In this document: positions 50,910 through 59,859 of the stretch, piece by piece
Layout: each line of letters begins with the position of its first letter
Numbering within the stretch: position 1 is the stretch's first letter
Source: an uncultured Spirochaetales bacterium
GTDB taxonomy: Bacteria > Myxococcota_A > UBA9160 > SMWR01
Direction of reading: 5' to 3'
Length of the DNA stretch: 61,359 nucleotides
Assembly: GCA_964649065.1 (NCBI GenBank)
Contig: CAZYOL010000003.1
Span: forward strand, 1 to 61,359
Notes under the pieces: model-generated
Told to the model about the DNA's origin: nothing
The model's input: only the letters and a program-made list of their open reading frames with translations
The model's database searches: none
Made by a program: the position numbers and the translations under genes

Positions 50910-51454
50910 CACCGATCTCGCGCGACTACAGCCGGGAGGAGGTCGCCGCGATGGTCTGCGAAGCGCTCGATCGCGCCGGCATCCCGGTCGTTCTGTCTGG
51001 CGGAGCCGTCGTCTCCATCTACTCGAACAACATCTACGAGTCATTCGACCTGGACTTCGTGCGCCAGGGCTTGGCTCGCAGAGTCGACGGTGTGATGGAG
51101 GAGCTCGGCTTTCGCAGACAGGGGCGCCATTGGACCCATCCGGACTCGCCCTACTGGGTCGAGTTCCCTCCTGGACCAGTTCAGGTGGGAGATGCCATCG
51201 TCCGCGAGTTCGCGGAGCTGCAGACTCCCGTGGGCACGCTGCGGCTCCTGACGGCCACCGATTGCGTGATGGATCGACTCGCCGGCTACTACCACTGGGA
51301 TGACCCACAGTGTCTCGACCAGGCGATCGAGGTGGCGCGGCGCCACGCGATCGACCTTGGCCGGATCGAGAGCTGGTCGCGAAGCGAGCGGTCGATCGGG
51401 AGATTCCGGAACTTCCGTCAGCGCCTTCGCGGAGAGGGCCCGCCCGATGCTTGA
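50906..51454 (+). CDS. Hypothetical minimal nucleotidyltransferase-fold protein
   Basis: LSGGAVVSIYSNNIYESFDLDF fits the hG[GS]-x(n)-DxD NTase pattern and parallels the protein at 48945. No family was recognised. Confidence 0.45.
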   Translation: MTPISRDYSREEVAAMVCEALDRAGIPVVLSGGAVVSIYSNNIYESFDLDFVRQGLARRVDGVMEELGFRRQGRHWTHPDSPYWVEFPPGPVQVGDAIVREFAELQTPVGTLRLLTATDCVMDRLAGYYHWDDPQCLDQAIEVARRHAIDLGRIESWSRSERSIGRFRNFRQRLRGEGPPDA

Positions 51455-51589
51455 GCCCCTGCCGCTTCGTCAGGCGTGGCTCGCGGAAGGGCTCGCAGCC
51501 GCGACTCGAGAGCGGCGGCCCCGAACCGGATCCCAGCTGCATCCCGGGTCGTCTAGAACTCAAAAACCGTCTACGAAACCGGCGGCTTG

Positions 51590-51666
51590 TGGCGGGGCGG
51601 ACGGGACTCGAACCCGCAACTTCCGGCGTGACAGGCCGGTGCTCTAACCAATTGAACTACCGCCCC
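51590..51666 (-). tRNA. tRNA-Asp (anticodon GTC)
   Basis: The reverse complement folds as a 77-nt cloverleaf. The parts are acceptor GGGGCGG/CCGCCCC, D arm GTTC..GAGC, anticodon arm CCGGC-CTGTCAC-GCCGG and T arm GCGGG-TTCGAGT-CCCGT. The discriminator is G and CCA is encoded. Confidence 0.95.
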
Positions 51667-51773
51667 GCGGAGCGTCGGACCGGGCCCGCGGAACGCCGGA
51701 TTGTGCCTCAATCCGAGGTGGCCGCAAAGCTCCGGCGCGGGCGGCGGGGCCGCGCGCGAAGCCCGAGACGAGC

Positions 51774-53504
51774 TCAGCCGGGCGGCGCAGGCCGGGCTGG
51801 CTGCGGAGCACCGGCGCGGGCGGTGGGAACGCGCGTGAAGCCCGAGGCGAGCTCGCCGGGGCGCCGCAGCCGCAGGTCCGGGCGCGGGTACGGCGTGCAG
51901 GGGCGCGGGGCGTCCCAGCACTGGTCGCCCTCCACGGGCACCCGCAGCGTGAGGCCCGACTCGGTCTCGAAGGGGCGCGTCGCCACATGCGGGCCCGCCG
52001 CCGGACCGCCCTCCGGGAGGCTCCGCACCCCCTGGTGCGGGCCGGAGAGGGCCGCCAGCACCAGCATGCCCACCACTGCCACGCGCGCGCCCGCCGGACC
52101 CCAGGCCCCGACGGCCAGGCCGGCTCCGGTGCCCGCCGCCGCCCAGAAGACGAAGAGGCCGAAGCGCGGATCCGGCGCCACCTGGAACCAGAAGAACCCG
52201 GCGACCGCCACCGGAGCCAACAGCCAGGCCCCACGCCCGGCGCGGCTCTCGCGACCCAGCGAGCCGGCCAGCGCCGCGGCCAGCAGGCCCAGGCCGGCCA
52301 GGGCCAGCGGCAGCGGGAAGCTCGGCCGCAGCGTGAAGCGCAGGTGGCGGCGCGCCCAGCTCTCGATCCAGTACGGACCCTCGAGGGTCAGCTCGGCGGG
52401 CACGCCGGGCACGCGCGCCCAGGCCGTCACGGCCCGGGCCTCGCGGCGCACGCGCTCCGGGTCGAGGCGCCACTCCACGGGCAGCGAGATCGCGGTGCTC
52501 GGGTAGAGCGGGTAGCCCGAGAGCACCACGCCGCGGGCCAGCCAGGGCGCCAGCAGCGCCGCCAGCAGCCCGGTCGCGGCCACACCCTGGCGCAGGGCGG
52601 AACGCGGAGATCCAGCCGCGCGCGCGAGGACCACGCCGCCTGCCAGCAGCCAGCAGCCGCCGACCAAGAGCAGCGTCGAGAGCTTCACCGCCACGGCGGC
52701 CGCGGCCAGCAGCGTGACGACCCACCACTCGCGGCGCTCGTCGCCGCGGGCCCCGCCAGCCAGCAGCCCGAAGGTCCGCCAGGCCACGACCAGCGCCAGC
52801 AGCGTCGCCGGCAGGTCGCTCGAGAGGCTCACCGCGTAGATGCGGGCCAGGATCGCCGCCGGCATCAGCGCGGCGAGGCCGAAGGCCGCGCTGGCAGCGC
52901 CCTGCCCCACCCACAGGCGGCGCGCGCAGAGGAGCGCCTGGGCCCAGACGCCGGCCAGCAGGGCGCCGTTCAGGAGATGAGGAGCCCAGCCCGGCAGCGC
53001 CGCGTCGAAGAGCGCGGCCCACAGCAGGTGGGCGTTGTTGAAGGCGAAGCGGCCGTGCAGCGCACCCAGGCCGGGCAGCACCGCGTGCTCCCGGGCCCAC
53101 TGCATGCCGCCCAGCAGGTAGAGCCCGGTGTCGTAGTGCTGCTCGGCGCGCAGCGAGAGGTTTGCCAGCGCGACCACACCCACTCCCAGCAGAGCCAGCC
53201 AGGCGGGCGCGCGCAGCAGGCGGGCCGCCAGGGGCAGCCAGCGGCGCCGCGTGGCCACCAGTCCCGCGGCACCCGCCGCCGCCGCCAGGCCCAGGGTCCA
53301 GCCGGTGACCGGCGCGAAGAGGCTCCAGGCGAGCAGCGCCCAGAGCAGGACGGCGAGGCCGGTCCAGAAGGCGAGCAGCCCGCGCTCCGGACCCGGCCCG
53401 TCTCGCCAGAGCAGTCGGTCGAGGGCGAGGCCCAGGCCCAGTGCGATGCCCGCGGCCCCGGCCCAGGCGAGGAGCACGACCCCCATGGCGGCGAGCAGCG
53501 ACAC
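51774..53504 (-). CDS. Polytopic integral membrane protein, function unknown (glycosyltransferase-C / O-antigen-polymerase-like topology)
   Basis: It has about 12 or more hydrophobic helices and a soluble C-terminal approximately 70 aa. The GTG start is preceded by GGGGGGAAGG. No catalytic motif was recognised. Confidence 0.55.
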   Translation of the reverse strand: MSLLAAMGVVLLAWAGAAGIALGLGLALDRLLWRDGPGPERGLLAFWTGLAVLLWALLAWSLFAPVTGWTLGLAAAAGAAGLVATRRRWLPLAARLLRAPAWLALLGVGVVALANLSLRAEQHYDTGLYLLGGMQWAREHAVLPGLGALHGRFAFNNAHLLWAALFDAALPGWAPHLLNGALLAGVWAQALLCARRLWVGQGAASAAFGLAALMPAAILARIYAVSLSSDLPATLLALVVAWRTFGLLAGGARGDERREWWVVTLLAAAAVAVKLSTLLLVGGCWLLAGGVVLARAAGSPRSALRQGVAATGLLAALLAPWLARGVVLSGYPLYPSTAISLPVEWRLDPERVRREARAVTAWARVPGVPAELTLEGPYWIESWARRHLRFTLRPSFPLPLALAGLGLLAAALAGSLGRESRAGRGAWLLAPVAVAGFFWFQVAPDPRFGLFVFWAAAGTGAGLAVGAWGPAGARVAVVGMLVLAALSGPHQGVRSLPEGGPAAGPHVATRPFETESGLTLRVPVEGDQCWDAPRPCTPYPRPDLRLRRPGELASGFTRVPTARAGAPQPARPAPPG

Positions 53505-53560
53505 CTTCCCCCCAGGCCGCCCTCATCGGCGCGCGGGGCGCGGCCCTTGAAGACCGCGGG

Positions 53561-56281
53561 CTAGAGGCGCTGGGTCGGGCGGGCCAGGCGCTCGCCGAGG
53601 ATCCGGTTGAGGTTGCGGTAGACCTGGGCGGCGATCCGCGGCGAGCGGCGAGCCAGCCGGTCCAGCGAGTCGCGGGAGAGCCGCAGCACCCGGGCGTCGT
53701 GAAGGGCCTCCACGTCGGCCGTGCGGTGGCCGGTCTGCAGCGCCACCTCGCCCACCACGTCGCCGCGCCGGTGGGTGTCGAGGATGACGTCGCCTCCGGG
53801 CCGCTGCAGAGAGGCCCGGAGCTCGCCATCGATCACCACCAGCAGCTCGTCGCCGCTCTCGCCGGTGCGGAAGACCTTGTCGCCGGCCGCGTAGCGCCCG
53901 AGCGAGCCCATCAGGCAGGTGATCTTGGCCTGCCGGGTGGAGAGGCCCTCGAAGAGCGGGATCGTGCGCGTCGGATCGGCGCCCAGGTCGAGGCTGAGCG
54001 TGTCCCAGAGCGTCACCACGCGCAGGCCCGAGCACAGGGCCGGGGTCACCATCACGTCGGCCCACCAGGCGAAGGCCAGCGTGGCCGCGGTCATCATCCC
54101 GAACTCGGCCTGGTTCTTCAGCTCCGCGGTCATCAGCACCAGGAAGCCCAGGCACAGAGCCAAGCTGGTGATCGTGACCGGGCGGCCCACCGAGCGGAGG
54201 GTCTCGAGCGAGGCTCGGCGCTCGTCGCCCAGGGCGTGGGCCTCGCGGTTGAAGCGCGCGAAGAAGTGGATGGTGTCGTCGACGGCGATGCCCAGGGCCA
54301 GGCAGGCGATCAGGCCGGTGGTGGCGTTGAGGGTCACCCCGGACCAGCCGAGCAGGCCGAAGTAGAAGAGCACGGGCAGCGCGTTCGGCACCAGCGCGAC
54401 GGCCCCGACCCGGAAGGAGGTCAGCAGGCCGGCCAGCACCAGGTAGATCACGCCGAAGGCCAGCACCAGGCTGCGCGCCTGGGTGCGCGCGATGTCGTCG
54501 ACGGCCCGGGCCAGCAGCGCGCCGTCGCCGGTGACGCGCCCGTGGAGATCGCCGGGCAGCTCCTGCAGCCGCTCCTCGATGCGCGCCAGCAGCTGCGAGG
54601 CGCCCTGGGAGTCGAGGGTGCGCGAGCGGAGGCGAACGTTGGCGAGCTGGTAGCCGGGGTCGATCACCAGGTCGAGCTCGTCGTTGGCGCCGAAGAGCAG
54701 CAGCTGCGAGACCATCTCTCGCGTCTCGGGAATCCGGCGCCGCCCGGGGTCGTTGTCGTGCATGCCCCAGTGGATGCTCTTCACGTAGTCCGCCAGCGAG
54801 TTGGTGGCCCCCACCTCCGGCTGCTCCTCGAGCCAGCGCTGCAGCTCCTCGAGAGCCCGCAGCTTGCGCGGCTCCTTGAAGGCGTCGGCCTCCTCGGCCT
54901 CGATCACCACGTCGAAGGTCCCGACCCCGCCCAGCCAGCGATTGATGGCCTCGGCGTCGCGGCGCACCGGGTGGTCCAGGCGGAAGTTCGTGACGAAGTC
55001 GGTGTTGATCTGGATGCGCGAGACGCCCACCAGCGCCAGGCAGGCCAGCAGCGCCGCCCCGACGAAGATGGCCCGGCGCCGCTCGATGTCGAAGTGTCCC
55101 AGGCGCTCGGCGAGCCGGTCGAAGCCGTCGCTCCCGCTGCTGCCCGGCGCCCGCGGCCGCCCGATCTGCAGGGCGGCCGGCGTGAAGGTGGCCGCCGCCA
55201 GCGAGGTGTAGAGCACGCCCAGCACCGAGAAGATCCCGAACTCGCGCACCGCCAGCATGGGGCTCACGGTGAGGGTCGAGAGGCCGGCCGCGGTGGTGAA
55301 GGCGGTGAGGGCCAGCGGCAGGGCCAGCTCGCGCAGGGCCCGGGCGCCGATCTGGTCCGGCGCGGCCTCGCCGTGCTTCAGCAGGTCGTAGGCGTGGGAG
55401 ACCACGTGGATCGCGTAGGCGAAGCCCACGGTCTGCACCAGCGCGGGCACCACGATGGTCACCAGGTTGAGCGGCACGCCCAGCGCCGCCATGCTGCCCA
55501 CGGTCCAGATGTTGGCGATGGCGATCGTCAGCAGCGGCACCAGGGTCCCGCGCAGGGTCCGGAAGGCCACCAGCGCCGTCAGGCCCAGCAGCGCCGCCCC
55601 GATCGGGATCACCCGGGACACGTCCGAGAGCAGCAGCTGGCTGGTGGCCTGCTTCGAGTGGGGCGAGCCGCCGATCCAGACCTCGGCCGCGTCGCCCGCC
55701 TCCTCGCGGGCCACCTCGGCGATGCGCGCATCGAGGCCGCTGCTGCGGAACTCGGCCTCGGGAATGTCGTCGAGGTAGACGAGCAGGCTGGTGGCGCGGC
55801 CGTCCTCGGAGGCCAGCACGCGGGCGTAGACGGCGCTCTCCTGCACGTGGCGGCGGATGGCGGCCAGCGCGGCCGGGTCCTCGGGAACCTCCTCGACGAA
55901 GGGAGCGATCGAGAGCACGTCGTCGACGCCGCGGATGTCGAGGGCGGTGGTGAGGCTCACGACCCGGTCCACCCCTTCGAGTGCCTCCAGGCGCTCGGTC
56001 AGCCGCAGCACGCGGCGCAGCATGTCGGCGCTGAAGGCCGACTCGGCGGCCAGGGCGACGATCATGTGCTGGTCGTTGCCGAAGATCTCCCGGACCTCTT
56101 CGTAGAGGAGCCGCGTCTCGTCGCCCCGGGGCAGCAGGCGCTCGACGGAGGGGTCGATCCTCAGGCGCAGCTCGCCGCTGCGGGGATCGACCACCTGGAG
56201 CGCCGCCAGCAGCGTGACGGCGAGCACCGCCCCCACGGTGAGCCACGGCCGGGCCGTGACGAGGCGGACGAAGCGGTCCAT
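53561..56281 (-). CDS. MMPL/RND-superfamily lipid exporter (HpnN-like) fused to a C-terminal cyclic-nucleotide-binding domain
   Basis: It has two 6-TM bundles with large periplasmic loops, in an MMPL pattern (for example GVPLNLVTIVVPALVQTVGFAYAIH). The C-terminal approximately 140 aa read as a CAP-type cNMP domain (IPLFEGLS...FRTGESGDELLVVIDGEL...GDVVGEVAL...RTADVEA). Confidence 0.85.
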   Translation of the reverse strand: MDRFVRLVTARPWLTVGAVLAVTLLAALQVVDPRSGELRLRIDPSVERLLPRGDETRLLYEEVREIFGNDQHMIVALAAESAFSADMLRRVLRLTERLEALEGVDRVVSLTTALDIRGVDDVLSIAPFVEEVPEDPAALAAIRRHVQESAVYARVLASEDGRATSLLVYLDDIPEAEFRSSGLDARIAEVAREEAGDAAEVWIGGSPHSKQATSQLLLSDVSRVIPIGAALLGLTALVAFRTLRGTLVPLLTIAIANIWTVGSMAALGVPLNLVTIVVPALVQTVGFAYAIHVVSHAYDLLKHGEAAPDQIGARALRELALPLALTAFTTAAGLSTLTVSPMLAVREFGIFSVLGVLYTSLAAATFTPAALQIGRPRAPGSSGSDGFDRLAERLGHFDIERRRAIFVGAALLACLALVGVSRIQINTDFVTNFRLDHPVRRDAEAINRWLGGVGTFDVVIEAEEADAFKEPRKLRALEELQRWLEEQPEVGATNSLADYVKSIHWGMHDNDPGRRRIPETREMVSQLLLFGANDELDLVIDPGYQLANVRLRSRTLDSQGASQLLARIEERLQELPGDLHGRVTGDGALLARAVDDIARTQARSLVLAFGVIYLVLAGLLTSFRVGAVALVPNALPVLFYFGLLGWSGVTLNATTGLIACLALGIAVDDTIHFFARFNREAHALGDERRASLETLRSVGRPVTITSLALCLGFLVLMTAELKNQAEFGMMTAATLAFAWWADVMVTPALCSGLRVVTLWDTLSLDLGADPTRTIPLFEGLSTRQAKITCLMGSLGRYAAGDKVFRTGESGDELLVVIDGELRASLQRPGGDVILDTHRRGDVVGEVALQTGHRTADVEALHDARVLRLSRDSLDRLARRSPRIAAQVYRNLNRILGERLARPTQRL

Positions 56282-56285
56282 GGGG

Positions 56286-58235
56286 CTACGGCAGCCCGCC
56301 GCGCTTCTCGGCCATGGCGGCGCGGATCGCCGGCAGGGCCAGCTCCGCGGCCGCGGCGCCGCGCTCCACCAGCTCAGCGCCCCGGTGGAGGTCGGTCCAG
56401 GTGAAGTCCGAGAGCTCGGGCATCACCCGCACGTCGGCGGACATCGAGCGGAAGCTCCCCAGCTCGTGCCACTGGGTCTGCAGCGAGGCCATGTAGACGT
56501 CGAAGAGGTTGGGCGCGTCGAGGTTGCCGCGCAGGCGGATCAGCGGGTTGTAGCGGGCCACGCGCCGCGACATGCGGGTGAGGAAGTTGCTCACCTCCTT
56601 GCGCGGCCGCGGGATCACGTTGACCGCGATGCAGAGGTCGGCCCCCATCTCGTAGGCGACGTCGGCGGGCACCGGATCGGTGGTGACGCCGTCGACCAGC
56701 ACCCGGCCCTCGCGCTGGGTGGGGGCCACGATCGCGGGCACCGAGCAGCTGGCGCGGATGGCGCTCTCGACGTCGCCGGAGCCGAGGCAGACGCGCTCGC
56801 CGCGCTCGATGTCGGTGGCGACGGCCTGGAAGGGGCGCTGCAGGGCCTCGAAGCTCGGCGCCTCGCCGAAGAGCCGCCAGGCCTTGCGGATGAAGCCGCG
56901 CCCGCCCACCACACCGGCCTGCAGCGGCGTGAGGTCGAGGATGCCGAAAGCGCTCCAGGGCGTGATGGACTCGGCGAAGGCGATCATCTCGTCGATCGGA
57001 GTGCCCGCGGCGTAGCCCATGCCGACGACGGAGCCCATGCTGGTGCCGATCACCAGGTCGATCGGGATGGCCTGCTCCTCGAGGACGCGCAGCACGCCCA
57101 GGTGAGCGACGCCGAAGGCGGCCCCGCCCCCCAGGGCCAGGCCGACGCTGGTGCCGAGGATCTTGCGGGCCAGGCGCTTTAGCGGCAGGGCGATCGGAGC
57201 GGAGGGCTCCTCGCAGAGCTGCTCGGCCGCGGCGCCGGCGTCGCGACGGGCGATCCGGGCGTCGCGGGGCAGCACGAAGGGCTCGGCGTGGCGGATCGGG
57301 ATGGGCCGCGAGACCCGGTTGTGCAGATTGACCACGTCGTAGCGGCGGCGCCCCGTGCCGTCGCGTCGCGCCGGCCCGGGCTCGGCCTCGGCCACGATGC
57401 GCACGTGCACGTCGCCCACGGCGTCCGCCCAGCGGGCGGCGACCCGACCGGGCCCGGCCAGATCGAGGACCACGTGGCCGAAGCGCCGGCGCAGCGCACC
57501 GACCAGCCGGGCGAAGTCCCCCGAGCCCGGCGGTGGATCGCCCTGGCTCGGGATCTCCACCTCCAGCTGCGCCAGCTCCGGGCCGAGCTGCTTGAGCCGG
57601 CTCTCGAGGCCCGCCGCCGACTCCGCGGCGAGCGCCCCCAGGCTCGCCGGCGAGCCCTCGGGCCGGTCCACGGCGCGCAGGCCGACCCACACGGTGGCGC
57701 CCGGCGCCTGGGTCGCCAGCAGCCGCGCCAGCACGTGGGCGACCAGCGAGCGGCCGCGCAGCCCCGGCTCCGCGGTCACCGCCACCACCCTCGAGGGCTC
57801 GGCGGCCCGGCGCCCGCTCTGCTCCAGCAGGCGCCGGGACAGCACCCGCGAGATGTACTCCAGCACCTTGGCGTTGCGCTTGAAGCTCTGCTCGAAGGCC
57901 TCCCGGTGCAGCGCCAGGACCTGGGTCGCCCGGGAGGCCACGACCGTCGCCGTACGGCGACCCCCGAGCAGCACCCAGACCTCGCCGATCACGTCCCCGG
58001 GGCCGAGGGTCCGCAGCCTGCGCCCCTCGGACTCCGAGATCACGTCGAGGGCGCCGCGGGTGACGACGAAGAGGCGATCGCCCTCCTCCCCTTCGCGGCA
58101 GAGGTGCTCGCCCGCCTCGAAGCCCTCCTCGACGAAGAGGTCTGCGAGGGTCTCCAGCTCGGCGGCCGGAAACGACGCGAAGCCCGGAGTGCTGCGAAGC
58201 GTGGCGAGGCGGAGGTCGGCACCCTGGTCGCGCAA
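56286..58235 (-). CDS. Cyclic-nucleotide-binding-domain protein fused to a patatin-like phospholipase
   Basis: The N-terminal cNMP domain reads FASFPAAELETL...GEEGDRLFVVTRGAL...GDVIGEVWVL..RRTATVVA. The C-terminal patatin part has GLALGGGAAFG (oxyanion), GTSMGS (GxSxG) and a DGV/DGG-type Asp. The TTG start is preceded by GGAGG. Confidence 0.85.
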   Translation of the reverse strand: MRDQGADLRLATLRSTPGFASFPAAELETLADLFVEEGFEAGEHLCREGEEGDRLFVVTRGALDVISESEGRRLRTLGPGDVIGEVWVLLGGRRTATVVASRATQVLALHREAFEQSFKRNAKVLEYISRVLSRRLLEQSGRRAAEPSRVVAVTAEPGLRGRSLVAHVLARLLATQAPGATVWVGLRAVDRPEGSPASLGALAAESAAGLESRLKQLGPELAQLEVEIPSQGDPPPGSGDFARLVGALRRRFGHVVLDLAGPGRVAARWADAVGDVHVRIVAEAEPGPARRDGTGRRRYDVVNLHNRVSRPIPIRHAEPFVLPRDARIARRDAGAAAEQLCEEPSAPIALPLKRLARKILGTSVGLALGGGAAFGVAHLGVLRVLEEQAIPIDLVIGTSMGSVVGMGYAAGTPIDEMIAFAESITPWSAFGILDLTPLQAGVVGGRGFIRKAWRLFGEAPSFEALQRPFQAVATDIERGERVCLGSGDVESAIRASCSVPAIVAPTQREGRVLVDGVTTDPVPADVAYEMGADLCIAVNVIPRPRKEVSNFLTRMSRRVARYNPLIRLRGNLDAPNLFDVYMASLQTQWHELGSFRSMSADVRVMPELSDFTWTDLHRGAELVERGAAAAELALPAIRAAMAEKRGGLP

Positions 58236-58422
58236 AGCCCTGCCTCCGCCCTAGAGCAGCTCGACCAGGGCCGCAGGGGCCCGCGGCAGGTTCGGGTGCC
58301 CCTCGATCTCCCGATCGGCACGGCTCGGCGTCGCCATCGGCGTCCTCCAGGCGGGCTCTCCCCGAAGCTGCCCGGCCCCGGCGAAGGACGAGTGCCGCCC
58401 TCTGCGGAGGGAGTATGGCAGA

Positions 58423-59859
58423 ATGCCGCGGTCGGGAGGGGATCCTTTGGCACCTCACGAGCGCATGCCCGCGCGCGATGCGGTCTTCCTGCACAGCGGG
58501 GACGACTCGGCCCCGATGCAGTTCGGGATCGTGCTGGTCTGCGGCGGGCCGGGGCTCGCGCGCGCCGACGACTTCCTCGACATCGACAGGCTGCGCGCGC
58601 ACGTCGCCTCGCGCCTGGATCGCTTCCCGCGCCTTCGCCAGCGCTTGAAGCTGCCGGGGGGCCTCTCCGAGCCCGTCTGGACCGACGATCCCCACTTCGA
58701 TCTCGGCTACCAGATCCGCCACGTGGCCCTGCCGAGGCCCGGCGGCGAGCCGGCGCTGAAGGCCCTGGCCTCCTCCATCCTCGAGCAGCGGCTGGATCCG
58801 GCTCGGCCGCTGTGGGAGATCTGGGCGGTCGAGGGGCTCGATGGCGACCGCTTCGCGCTGATCGGCAAGGCCCACCACTCCCTGCTCGACGGGGTGGCTG
58901 GCCTGGCCACCCTGGGGGGGCTACTGCTCGATGCGACGCCGCGCGACGAAGTCGCCCCGACCCGGGACTGGGAGCCGGAGCCGGAGCCGAGCCCGGCGGG
59001 CCTGCTGGCCCTGGAGCTGCGCGAGCGCTGGAAGGCGCCGGCCGGCCTCTGGTCGGGCCTGCGCACGGCCGCCTCGACCGTGGCGCGCTCGCCGCGCCGC
59101 TTCGCCGGCAACTTCGCGGCCGTGATCTCGACCGTGCTGAGCCCCGCCTCGGAGACGCCGCTGAACGGCCGGGTGGGCCCGGCCCGGCGCGTCGACTGGC
59201 TGGCGGTCGAGCTCGAGGCGATTCGGCGCATCCGCGAGGCGCTGGGGGGAACCCTCAACGACGTGGTGATGGCGACGGTGGCGGGCGCCGCGCGGGGCTA
59301 CCTGACGTCGCGCGGGCTCTCGCCGGACGGGCTCGACTTCCGTGCCCTGATCCCCATCGATGCCGGCGGCGGGCCCTCCGCCGCGCTGGGCAACCACATC
59401 TCTGCGCTGGTCGCGCGCCTCCCGGTGGGCGAGCCGGACCCGGCCCGCCGCCTCGCCGAGACCCGCCGCCTGATGGCCGTCGCGCGCGAGCAGGACCAGC
59501 GCCACGCCTTCGAGGTGACCCACTGGCTCGCCGAGCAGACCCACTCCCGCCTGGCCGGCACGCTGATCCAGGCCACCATGCGGCTGCGCATGCACAACCT
59601 GATGATCACCAACCTCCCCGGGCCGCAGCTCCCCCTCTACGTGCTCGAGGCGCCGCTGCTGGAGGTCTACCCGGCCGCGCAGCTCTACCCGCGCCAGGGC
59701 CTGTCGGTCGCGGTGCTGAGCTACCACGAGCGGCTCGCCTGGGGCTTCGCCGCCAATCCCGAGCTGATCGAGGACTACAACGGCTTCGTGGACCACGTGC
59801 GGCTGGCCTTCCGCGACCTGCTGAAGGCCGCCGAGGCCGGCGGACCGGCCGCGGCCTAG
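58423..59859 (+). CDS. Wax ester synthase / acyl-CoA:diacylglycerol acyltransferase (WS/DGAT)
   Basis: The catalytic motif HHSLLDG and the family blocks RPLWEIW and NDVVMA are present. The ATG at 58423 follows GGAGGGAG. An alternative ATG lies at 58465. Confidence 0.85.
   Translation: MPRSGGDPLAPHERMPARDAVFLHSGDDSAPMQFGIVLVCGGPGLARADDFLDIDRLRAHVASRLDRFPRLRQRLKLPGGLSEPVWTDDPHFDLGYQIRHVALPRPGGEPALKALASSILEQRLDPARPLWEIWAVEGLDGDRFALIGKAHHSLLDGVAGLATLGGLLLDATPRDEVAPTRDWEPEPEPSPAGLLALELRERWKAPAGLWSGLRTAASTVARSPRRFAGNFAAVISTVLSPASETPLNGRVGPARRVDWLAVELEAIRRIREALGGTLNDVVMATVAGAARGYLTSRGLSPDGLDFRALIPIDAGGGPSAALGNHISALVARLPVGEPDPARRLAETRRLMAVAREQDQRHAFEVTHWLAEQTHSRLAGTLIQATMRLRMHNLMITNLPGPQLPLYVLEAPLLEVYPAAQLYPRQGLSVAVLSYHERLAWGFAANPELIEDYNGFVDHVRLAFRDLLKAAEAGGPAAA

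Noticed and set aside
56286-58235. The patatin gene as a CBASS-type (CapV-like) anti-phage effector.
   Set aside because: No cyclase (CD-NTase) or other CBASS ancillary gene is nearby. The sensor domain is a CAP-type cNMP domain fused in cis, and the neighbours are lipid transport and synthesis genes. A lipid-homeostasis role is therefore more parsimonious.
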